A stretch of 12,032 bases of DNA, from the NCBI GenBank assembly GCA_041287245.1, contig JBEULP010000100.1, positions 1 to 12,032 on the forward strand, given 5' to 3'. The notes below the pieces were generated by a model. That model was not told the origin of the DNA. It did not search any database and saw only the letters and a list, made by a program, of their open reading frames with translations. The translations under genes were made by a program, and so were the position numbers. Source of the DNA: Infirmifilum sp. GTDB taxonomy: Archaea > Thermoproteota > Thermoprotei > Thermofilales > Thermofilaceae. Below are positions 1-6,752 of this stretch, in pieces (the stretch's first letter is position 1; the number at the start of each line of letters is the position of its first letter).

Positions 1-259
1 GATGGAGGTGAGCGACGAGACAGAGCGAGCAACATTCTACGCATTCGAGGGCGTCCTCTCAACGATCTACAGCTCAGCAATAGGAATAGCCGCTGGATAC
101 TTGGCGGACATAGCCATGCCTAGGACGCTATTCCTCGTCTCAAGCATAGCAGCACTCCTCTCAACCCTAGCAGTCCAGAAGCTTCTACCCGAAACGCCTG
201 GCGACAGGCTTTCCTATCTTTTTTCGTCTCCAAGAGAAGGGTGGAACTCGAGGCAGTAG
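1..259 (+). CDS. MFS transporter, C-terminal fragment (5' part outside window)
   Basis: Frame is open from the window edge. It encodes 'ETERATFYA' followed by two hydrophobic helices joined by 'AAGYLAD', then 'LPET', which is typical of MFS TM11-TM12. Stop TAG at 257-259. Confidence 0.8.
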   Translation, partial: MEVSDETERATFYAFEGVLSTIYSSAIGIAAGYLADIAMPRTLFLVSSIAALLSTLAVQKLLPETPGDRLSYLFSSPREGWNSRQ

Positions 260-448
260 CTACCCCTTGAGGAAGCTCAGCCTCTCGAAGATATTTGCCA
301 GTGGGGCGCTCGATACACCCACGAGCAAATCGCTAGTAAAGCCATTAATTCAATACTTCTCGTAAGCTTCACGCCAGGCTTCCTCGTGGGGAGTTATAGC
401 AATAACACCATCGAAATCCCACACAAAGGCAACTCTAGGCTTCCTCAA
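260..448 (-). pseudogene. HAD-superfamily hydrolase (beta-phosphoglucomutase-like) pseudogene remnant
   Basis: Manual translation from TTG at 448: MRKPRVAFVWDFDGVIAITPHEEAWREAYEKY*INGFTSDLLVGVSSAPLANIFERLSFLKG*. It contains HAD motif I (hhhDxDGV) and the H-x-x-A-W cap helix, an in-frame TGA at 352-350 and a terminal TAG at 262-260. It is far too short for a HAD enzyme and is absent from the ORF track. Confidence 0.75.
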
Positions 449-468
449 ATATTTACTACTAAGAGTGG

Positions 469-476
469 TATTTAAA
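469..476 (-). promoter_or_regulatory. TATA box of the HAD pseudogene
   Basis: Minus strand reads TTTAAATA at 476-469, 20 nt upstream of the TTG at 448, with purine-rich sequence upstream. Confidence 0.45.
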
Positions 477-559
477 TTATTTAATCATTCGCAAGGGAAG
501 ACAAGATAACGTAAAACCACTGTCTAGCCAGCAAAATACAGGAAAACTCTCAGACACCC

Positions 560-1369
560 CTAAGGAATCTGGATGTTCAAAACCTTCTCAGGCTTCGGCG
601 GGGCTATCGGCGGCCTTGAAGCTCCAAGCTTAATCTTAGCCTCAGCTATAGCCATCCCCAGCTCCGTCAGCCTAACACTCCTGTTCCTACCCTCGCGCGT
701 ACGCTTTATAAGCCCCCTATCCTCCATCGACGCTACAAGCCTACTATAAGTAGCCTTCACCACAGGATCACGGGGGTCCTCGCCCATCCACTCTATCAGC
801 TGGGCTATGCTGCCCGCTGAGCCATTCTTAGTGTAGAGCGTCACGAGAACATCGAGCTCCTTCTCGCTTTCATAGAGCTCGAGAGGCTTGCCGGGCGTCT
901 CAACCTCGAATAAAGCTCCGAGCTGAAGGTTATCTTTCCTGCTTATGAAGTCTGTAAACTCCGGGGTCTCAGGGTCAGGTATGAACTCGCCCTGCTGCTG
1001 CGGCTGGACAGCGTAGATCCGGACGTTACCGAAAAGCATGGACACAACTGTTACCGTTGAAGCCATGTACGGAGGCATGTCGGTGATATCTATCAGAACC
1101 TCCTTCTCCCTCTCCACCTCAAGTATCGAGTAGAAGGCGCTTGCAACACTCGAGTAGCTCAGGGGGTTGACCTTGACTGCAACGGGCTTGAAGAACGAGA
1201 GTGCCTCCTGTAGCCTCTTAAGGTTAAACCTTGAGACAGCCCCATACCGGTCCGGCTTAGCGTCGTACACAAGGTAGACCTTCTCGATAGGATACTGTAG
1301 CCTGACCTGCTCGAAACCCTGGAAGACCAGGTTGGGGTGGAAACCGACGTAGTGGACTGTGACTACCAT
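560..1369 (-). CDS. CARF-like (Rossmann) domain + winged-helix transcriptional regulator, Csa3/DUF6293-like
   Basis: N-terminal 'VHYVGFH', 'EKVYLVY' and 'VLIDIT' strands match the CARF beta1/beta2/beta4 pattern. The C-terminal 'ATYSRLVASMEDRGLIKRTREGRNRSVRLTELG' is a MarR-type wHTH recognition helix plus wing, as in Csa3. Confidence 0.75.
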   Translation of the reverse strand: MVVTVHYVGFHPNLVFQGFEQVRLQYPIEKVYLVYDAKPDRYGAVSRFNLKRLQEALSFFKPVAVKVNPLSYSSVASAFYSILEVEREKEVLIDITDMPPYMASTVTVVSMLFGNVRIYAVQPQQQGEFIPDPETPEFTDFISRKDNLQLGALFEVETPGKPLELYESEKELDVLVTLYTKNGSAGSIAQLIEWMGEDPRDPVVKATYSRLVASMEDRGLIKRTREGRNRSVRLTELGMAIAEAKIKLGASRPPIAPPKPEKVLNIQIP

Positions 1370-1380
1370 GAGAGGCCACG

Positions 1381-1398
1381 GTAACAGCTTTCTGTTAC
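1381..1398. promoter_or_regulatory. Palindromic operator-like site 1 (GTAAC-N8-GTTAC)
   Basis: GTAACAG-CTTT-CTGTTAC has perfect 7-bp arms and lies 11 nt upstream of the regulator ATG. Confidence 0.6.
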
Positions 1399-1421
1399 AA
1401 TAATACTAGAAACAATACTAG

Positions 1422-1428
1422 TATATAT
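1422..1428 (-). promoter_or_regulatory. Candidate TATA box of the CARF-wHTH gene
   Basis: TATATAT tract about 53 nt upstream of ATG 1369, flanked by inverted ACTAG (1417-1421) and CTAGT (1431-1435). Confidence 0.4.
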
Positions 1429-1441
1429 GTCTAGTGCAACC

Positions 1442-1478
1442 GTTACAAGGAAAAATTACAGTAACATTTTCTTGCAAC
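1442..1478. promoter_or_regulatory. 37-bp imperfect palindrome made of two tandem degenerate GTAAC-N8-GTTAC sites
   Basis: GTTAC-aaggaaaa-ATTAC-a-GTAAC-attttctt-GCAAC; 14 of 18 arm positions pair with the reverse complement. Confidence 0.5.
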
Positions 1479-1505
1479 TTTCCTCCTTGAAAAACCCGGG
1501 GTGAA

Positions 1506-1525
1506 AGTAACAAACAAACGTTACT
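1506..1525. promoter_or_regulatory. Palindromic operator-like site 2 (AGTAAC-N8-GTTACT)
   Basis: AGTAAC-aaacaaac-GTTACT has the same half-sites and the same 8-nt spacing as site 1. Confidence 0.6.
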
Positions 1526-1584
1526 GTTATACCATTTTAATACTATTTAGGCTTTTCTGTTTTGTAGTAGAACGGAGTTATCTT

Positions 1585-1601
1585 CGAAACCTATTATAAA
1601 A
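1585..1601 (+). promoter_or_regulatory. BRE/TATA promoter of the nurA-herA operon
   Basis: CGAAACCTA-TTATAAAA, with TATA at 1594-1601, lies upstream of ATG 1620/1629 and fits a leaderless or short-leader transcript. Confidence 0.6.
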
Positions 1602-1619
1602 TGTAAAAACAAAATTATA

Positions 1620-2630
1620 ATGAAAAGTATGGCGTTGCTCCAAAGATCAGGATACATGGACCCAGACGTCAAGATGCTGGTCGAGAAGCTCAACGAGCTC
1701 TACAGGCTCGGAGGCAAGGGCGTACAACTAACACTGGAAGGCACGGTAGCCAGACCCTACCCTGTAGCAAAGATAAACGGAGCCAAGATCCGAGGTCCGC
1801 CTATAACCGAGTCGAGATTCAGAGTACTCGACGAGATCCCCCACAACCTAGACATAGTATCAGTCGACGCCGCCGCCCGAATACTATTCGACGCCGGCTC
1901 CTACAAGATCGTGTCAGCCAAGGTAGTCGCCGGCGTGTGGCGAGGCGTTGAAAGAGTAAAGCTCGTAGGCCCTTACAAGCGGATACAGCTCTTCGAGGAC
2001 CTGAAGACCGCGGGCGACTGGCTCGCCGAGGTAGAGCTTGAAGCTGTCCTTCGACTCGTCCGCGAATACCCCAACTCCTTCGTGCTTCTAGACAGGCCAC
2101 TCGTCTTCACCCCTGGGACGAGGGCCTCCAGGGCCTACCTGATGCTTCTTAAAAGGAACTGGAGGCTCATAGGCATACCCAAGTCCACTTCGATGCGTGT
2201 CTCAACTGGAGAAAGCCTCGTAGGCTACCTCTCAAGGCTCGCGGACAAGAACTTCAAGGGCATGCCGTGGGTCTACTACCCCGTCTTCGAGGCCCCCCAC
2301 GTGCAACCTGGCGGGCTGGCGGTCTCGGTGGCGAGGCTTTCGGGAGAAGCCCCTCCCTTCAGGGTAGACGTTCCCTACATAGCAGCTGAGAGGCTTGACG
2401 CTGAAGAAGTAGCCGGCCTGCTCGCCTACCTCCAGGACTTCTCGTCGCCAGGCTACCCTATGCCGCTGAAGATGGTCCACGAGCTCTCCAGGATCAGCGA
2501 GAACGAGCTTGACCTAGACCGGTCGCTCCTACTGGAGGACTTGTCTATGAGCGGGGTCTCAACGAGGATGCTCGAGGATGCTGCCGGCTCAGAGTTCAAG
2601 GCACGCTACATATGGGGTGTTGGGGACTAG
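1620..2630 (+). CDS. nurA: NurA-family nuclease (RNase H-like fold); start may be ATG 1629
   Basis: NurA motifs are present: 'IVSVDAA' (first catalytic Asp), 'LAEVELE', 'VLLDRPL' (second Asp), 'IGIPKST', 'FRVD' and 'GYPMPLKMVHELSRIS' (GYP..L...H). It lies directly upstream of herA. Confidence 0.88.
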   Translation: MKSMALLQRSGYMDPDVKMLVEKLNELYRLGGKGVQLTLEGTVARPYPVAKINGAKIRGPPITESRFRVLDEIPHNLDIVSVDAAARILFDAGSYKIVSAKVVAGVWRGVERVKLVGPYKRIQLFEDLKTAGDWLAEVELEAVLRLVREYPNSFVLLDRPLVFTPGTRASRAYLMLLKRNWRLIGIPKSTSMRVSTGESLVGYLSRLADKNFKGMPWVYYPVFEAPHVQPGGLAVSVARLSGEAPPFRVDVPYIAAERLDAEEVAGLLAYLQDFSSPGYPMPLKMVHELSRISENELDLDRSLLLEDLSMSGVSTRMLEDAAGSEFKARYIWGVGD

Positions 2631-2640
2631 GTGGTTAGTA

Positions 2641-4257
2641 GTGGGGAAGCTCGGCGTGGTGACATGGGTTGAGGGCACAACCGTCAGGTTCAGGATAGCA
2701 GAGGGGGTCAGGGTTGAGCGTGGAATGCTGGTGAAGGTGGAGGACTCTGGGAGGAGATTTATAGTCAAAGTGGTGGACTTCAAGCCTGAGAGCCTCCTAA
2801 GCGCCGCTGAAGTGGCAGTCATCAGCAGCAAGGCGGATAGGGGAGAAAGAGTACAACTGCGTGACAAGGACCTAAGGCTTTACGACACCGCGATAGGCGT
2901 CATAGTGGCGCAGATAGAGCCGGACGGCGAGGCCCACGGCCCCACAAGCGTCCCAGCCATCTTCGCAGCCGTAGAGTCCCTCGAAAAGGACGACCTCGAG
3001 AAGCTCCGGCTCCACACCGGTGACATACCCATAGGCTACGTCAGGTTCGGCCACGACCAAGTAGACACTGTTGTGGCGCTGGACGGGTCGAAGGTCATCC
3101 CCCACCATGTCCTAGTCGTGGGCGGGACGGGCGCTGGAAAAAGCAACTTCGGCAGGGTTTTCTCAGCGTCTATCCTCGACACGAAGGGCAAGTACAGCCT
3201 AGTAGTCTTCGACTGCGAGAGCGAGTATCTCCTGGGCTCGAAGCCCGGGGAGATGGGACTAGCCCACCTGCCCTACGCTGAGGAATACCTCTTCCTCGTA
3301 ACCGGCAGGGTTAACAGGCCGGGGAGGCTCCGCGTCGAGCTTCCCGAGCTAGGCGAGACGCGCAACATACCGGCATACCCCTTGAAGATGGACGTGAACA
3401 GGCTTAAGCCGTACGACTTCACCCTGACTGGCGAGTTCTCGGGGCCGCAGGAGGAGCTGTTGTGGCTTGCCTACAAGCAGTTCGGCGAGGACTGGATATA
3501 CTCGCTCCTCGCCGCGGATAGCAGGAGCATCTACGCCAGGCTTGGGAGGCTTGCAGGCGTAAACACCATTAACGTCACGAAGCGGAAGATAAAGTACCTC
3601 GTAGGCGATGGAGACATCTTCTGCAGGGAATGCGACTACGACCTTGCTTCGGCTGTGCTCTCGATGGTCGCGAAGGGGAGGGTGGTGCTGATCGAGACGC
3701 CCTTCGCAACAGAGGGAGAGGAGAAGCTGCTGGCAACAGTCGTCGCCGAGAGGATATTCAGGAGCTACGAGGAAATGAGGAAGAAGCTTCCCGAAAAGTG
3801 GGCCCAGCTTCCACCAGTCCTGATAATGGTTGAGGAAGCCCACAGGTATCTCTCTTCGCATGCGCTAGGGGGGAAGGGGGAGGTTAGGGAAAACATCTTC
3901 TCCGTTATAGCCAAGCGGGGCAGGAAGTACAAGGTCGGGGGGCTATACATAACGCAGATGCCCAGCGAGCTTATGGAGGCGGTCGTGAGGCAAGCACTGA
4001 CAAAGGTTGTGCTTTCCCTACCCACCCGGCCCGACTACCTCATGGTCATCAACCACAGTCCATACCTAGACGAGGCTGAAAACGAGATAAAGACGCTCGA
4101 CCGGGGTGAGGCCGTGGTGGTGAGCCAGCCGAGCGGCTTCAGGTTCGCGGTTTCGGTGAGAGTGTTCAGCTATGAAGAGTATTGTATGAGGCTCGTGGAG
4201 AAGCAGAGGAGGGCTCAGCTGGTTCAAAGCCCAGTCGAAGCCGAGGGGCTAGACTAG
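2641..4257 (+). CDS. herA: HerA-family ATPase/helicase-translocase (HAS barrel + FtsK/HerA P-loop domain)
   Basis: N-terminal beta-rich HAS barrel, Walker A 'HVLVVGGTGAGKSN', 'VVFDCESEY', Walker B 'IMVEEAH', Arg finger 'KRGRKY', 'ITQMP' and 'LDRGEA'. Start is placed at GTG 2641 because AGGTGG at 2629-2634 precedes it. The ORF-track start at 2578 overlaps nurA. Confidence 0.92.
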   Translation: MGKLGVVTWVEGTTVRFRIAEGVRVERGMLVKVEDSGRRFIVKVVDFKPESLLSAAEVAVISSKADRGERVQLRDKDLRLYDTAIGVIVAQIEPDGEAHGPTSVPAIFAAVESLEKDDLEKLRLHTGDIPIGYVRFGHDQVDTVVALDGSKVIPHHVLVVGGTGAGKSNFGRVFSASILDTKGKYSLVVFDCESEYLLGSKPGEMGLAHLPYAEEYLFLVTGRVNRPGRLRVELPELGETRNIPAYPLKMDVNRLKPYDFTLTGEFSGPQEELLWLAYKQFGEDWIYSLLAADSRSIYARLGRLAGVNTINVTKRKIKYLVGDGDIFCRECDYDLASAVLSMVAKGRVVLIETPFATEGEEKLLATVVAERIFRSYEEMRKKLPEKWAQLPPVLIMVEEAHRYLSSHALGGKGEVRENIFSVIAKRGRKYKVGGLYITQMPSELMEAVVRQALTKVVLSLPTRPDYLMVINHSPYLDEAENEIKTLDRGEAVVVSQPSGFRFAVSVRVFSYEEYCMRLVEKQRRAQLVQSPVEAEGLD

Positions 4258-4662
4258 TTTTTCCTCTATCTTAAAGATTGAGATCATCTCCGCTGCCACG
4301 TAGATCAAAAGCCCCCCTATTATGTAGAGTACGCCTGCGAGCGGCGCCCCCACAAGTGTGAAGGCCCCGGCCAGGAGATCCGCAAACCCCAAGAGCTTAT
4401 ACCTCGAGGCGACGTACCACCTGTCTAGAGCTACGGTGATCACAGCCGCTGAGACGATGTTCATGGAGATCAATAGTAGATTCTCAGCGATTTCCCTGAA
4501 GCCCACCTCGCCTCTAATGGCTAGCGGTGCAAGGTGTGCGACTAGGTAAAGAGCGAATACTATAGATAAAAGCACGGCTATGCGTGTAACCACCTCTCCT
4601 ATCTTTAGAAAATACCTAGCGGTCTGAATCACGGGGTGCGGAGCAGGGGGTGTCGAGTCCAT
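4249..4662 (-). CDS. Hypothetical integral membrane protein (about 4 TM helices)
   Basis: 137-aa ORF with hydrophobic segments and an AGGTG RBS upstream of ATG 4662. It fills the gap between herA and the transporter and overlaps the herA 3' end by 9 nt. Confidence 0.75.
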   Translation of the reverse strand: MDSTPPAPHPVIQTARYFLKIGEVVTRIAVLLSIVFALYLVAHLAPLAIRGEVGFREIAENLLLISMNIVSAAVITVALDRWYVASRYKLLGFADLLAGAFTLVGAPLAGVLYIIGGLLIYVAAEMISIFKIEEKLV

Positions 4663-4732
4663 TTAGGCACACCTACCAGTTATTAGGAGCAAAAAAACAT
4701 AAGTACTTTCCCCCAAGACGATATCGAAATTC

Positions 4733-6130
4733 ATGCGTAGCTTACAGGGCACTTTCACAGCTAAGCTTATCAGCGTGCTTTTCATCGCTCTAGCAGCGGC
4801 TTTCATAGCAAACCTTGCCGGTTTTCCCGCGCGCTCGGTAGTAGCCATCAGCATCTTCTTCGCCGAGATCTCTGCCACCCTGCTTCTCTGGACATATAGG
4901 CTTCCAATAGCTTTCATCGGGACAAGCTTACTCTTCCTAACCGGGTCTCTAACATTGAAGGCGTTCCTCGACCACGGAAACCTGGACGTCATCTTCTTCC
5001 TGATCGGTATGATGACGTTCATGGGAATTCTCGAGGAAACCCATTTTTTCGATCACATTGCCTCTCACATGTTAATTGCTTCCAGAGGAAACCCCGTCCT
5101 CCTCCTCTTTACTGTCTCCATTCTCTCGGCAACCCTAGCCGCGCTGGTGGACGAGGTGACTTCAATAGTGGTTATGGTTTCCCTAATCCTAGCCTTGACG
5201 CGCAAAAGTAAAGTCTCGCCAGTGCCCCTTGTCCTTCTAAGCGTATTTGCAACGAATATCGGTAGCAGCGCTACGCTCATCGGCAACCCCGTAGGAGTCC
5301 TCGTAGCCTTCAGGGGCGGGCTCACATTCGAGGATTTTCTAAGGTGGGCAACACCCATCTCCATCCTATCCTTATCAATAATGATAATACTGGCGCTACG
5401 CTTTTACCGCAACTACCTCCTCGCGTTGAAACTCAGCGCTCCACAAGACGAGGCTTCGGGTGCTCAGGAAGTGGCTACGCCTGGGGAGTTCCGCAAGAAC
5501 CTACTCTTGTTCTCCACCATAATATCATTACTTGCCCTTCACCACCAACTTGAAGAACTTTTCTCGCTGGGGAAAAACACGCTTCTACTAGCCATTCCAT
5601 TCGCAGCTGCGGGCGTTACAATGCTCATGTACCCGGAAAAGGGTCTCCACGCTTTCACAGAGAGAGTAGAGTGGCCCACAATAATATTCTTCGCACTGCT
5701 CTTCGCCTCGGTCGGGGCACTTGATTCTTCCGGCTTCATCGACGCTTTCGCCCACCTGATAATCCAGGCCGCAGGTGGCTCGCTTGAACTTTCCATGGTT
5801 GTCTACGCGCTAACAGCTACCCTAATGTCAGCCTTCATGGACAACGTCCTAGCAGTCTCAGTCTTAATCCACGTTGTCGACAAGATAGCCGCAGCTGGCC
5901 TACCGCCTTACCCCTTCTACTGGGTCGCGCTCTTCTCGGCAACAATAGGCGGGAACCTCACCTATGTCGGGAGCACGGCGAACATAGTCGCCCTGGGAAT
6001 GCTCGAGAAAAACGGGCTCCAGAAGCCCAGCTTCAAGGAGTGGCTTAGCTACGGCTGGTGGGCGACCCTCGTACCCTTAGCCGTCGCGATCACCATGATA
6101 TACGTCCAGGCCCCCCTGATGCGTTTTTAA
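4733..6130 (+). CDS. ArsB/NhaD (IT superfamily, CitMHS/SLC13-like) ion transporter
   Basis: About 12-13 TM segments with signature motifs 'IFFLIGMM', 'ALVDEVTS', 'ATNIGSSATLIGNP', 'VEWPTIIFF', 'SAFMDNV' and 'GGNLTYVGSTANIV'. Confidence 0.9.
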   Translation: MRSLQGTFTAKLISVLFIALAAAFIANLAGFPARSVVAISIFFAEISATLLLWTYRLPIAFIGTSLLFLTGSLTLKAFLDHGNLDVIFFLIGMMTFMGILEETHFFDHIASHMLIASRGNPVLLLFTVSILSATLAALVDEVTSIVVMVSLILALTRKSKVSPVPLVLLSVFATNIGSSATLIGNPVGVLVAFRGGLTFEDFLRWATPISILSLSIMIILALRFYRNYLLALKLSAPQDEASGAQEVATPGEFRKNLLLFSTIISLLALHHQLEELFSLGKNTLLLAIPFAAAGVTMLMYPEKGLHAFTERVEWPTIIFFALLFASVGALDSSGFIDAFAHLIIQAAGGSLELSMVVYALTATLMSAFMDNVLAVSVLIHVVDKIAAAGLPPYPFYWVALFSATIGGNLTYVGSTANIVALGMLEKNGLQKPSFKEWLSYGWWATLVPLAVAITMIYVQAPLMRF

Positions 6131-6149
6131 GCGAGGGCGAGACTGAAGG

Positions 6150-6689
6150 GTGAGCAGCATGAAGGTGGTCGCGGGCACTTTGAACCCCTCGAAGCTGGAC
6201 GGAATACGCCGCGCATTCAATGAGCTCTACGGCCCTGTCGAGCTAGAAGGGGTCAGCGTAGCCACGCCCCGTCCTCAGCCCTTCGGCCTCGAGGAGATCC
6301 TGGAGGGTGCTAGAAGCCGCGCCATTCAAGCCTCGGCAAAGGTGGAAGAGCATGACTTCGCAGTAGGCTTGGAGGCAGGCATCATCCTCGCCGGGAGACG
6401 GGCTGTCGACATCCAGGTCGCCTTTATACTAGCCTCCGATGGGAAAGAGTCGGTGGGTTTCAGCCCCGGGTTCCCCTTACCCAGCTCCTTCGTTGAGCCT
6501 ATCATGACCGGGGTATACAGGGAGCTTGAAGAAGCGGCTGACGCCTACTATGGAACAAAGAGTATAGGCGAGAAGGGTGGAGTTATAAAGCTGCTTTCCA
6601 AAGGCCTCGTCACGCGTGAGGAACTATCATACCAGGCGACCCTGATGGCCCTGATAGCCTTCGCCAACGAGGAACTCTACTTCCCGTAG
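6150..6689 (+). CDS. yjjX: Inosine/xanthosine triphosphatase (YjjX/DUF84 family); start may be ATG 6159
   Basis: Motifs 'GTLNPSK', 'QPFG..E...GA.SRA', 'VGLEAG' and 'GVI..LS.G.VTR' match the non-canonical purine NTPase family. Confidence 0.9.
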   Translation: MSSMKVVAGTLNPSKLDGIRRAFNELYGPVELEGVSVATPRPQPFGLEEILEGARSRAIQASAKVEEHDFAVGLEAGIILAGRRAVDIQVAFILASDGKESVGFSPGFPLPSSFVEPIMTGVYRELEEAADAYYGTKSIGEKGGVIKLLSKGLVTREELSYQATLMALIAFANEELYFP

Positions 6690-6752
6690 CCCATTTTGAG
6701 AAAAACCGATATATCCTCCCCGGGCACCCACTCTATCTGGATAAAGGTGCCT

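Noticed and set aside
350..352. TGA recoding (selenocysteine or readthrough) in the HAD remnant
   Set aside because: The position is not a Cys-type site, and readthrough would still give only 62 aa lacking HAD motifs III/IV.
560..1369. Assigning the gene symbol csa3
   Set aside because: There is no cas context, the ligand loop is divergent and the protein is longer than typical Csa3. Only family-level similarity is supportable.
1370..1619. Possible CRISPR array or leader next to a Csa3-like gene
   Set aside because: The repeats are only 5-7 bp half-sites. There are no 24-40 bp direct repeats with unique spacers.
2578..2640. N-terminal extension of HerA from ATG 2578
   Set aside because: It overlaps nurA by 53 nt. 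GTG 2641 has a good AGGTGG RBS and starts at the HAS barrel.
2641..4662. HerA + membrane protein as a Ced/Ted-type DNA import system
   Set aside because: The ATPase has a HAS barrel, no TM anchor and a NurA partner. The membrane gene is convergent, not co-transcribed.
1819..5796. Short antisense or off-frame ORFs within nurA, herA, the membrane gene and the transporter
   Set aside because: They are largely or fully nested in well-supported genes, with no recognisable domains.
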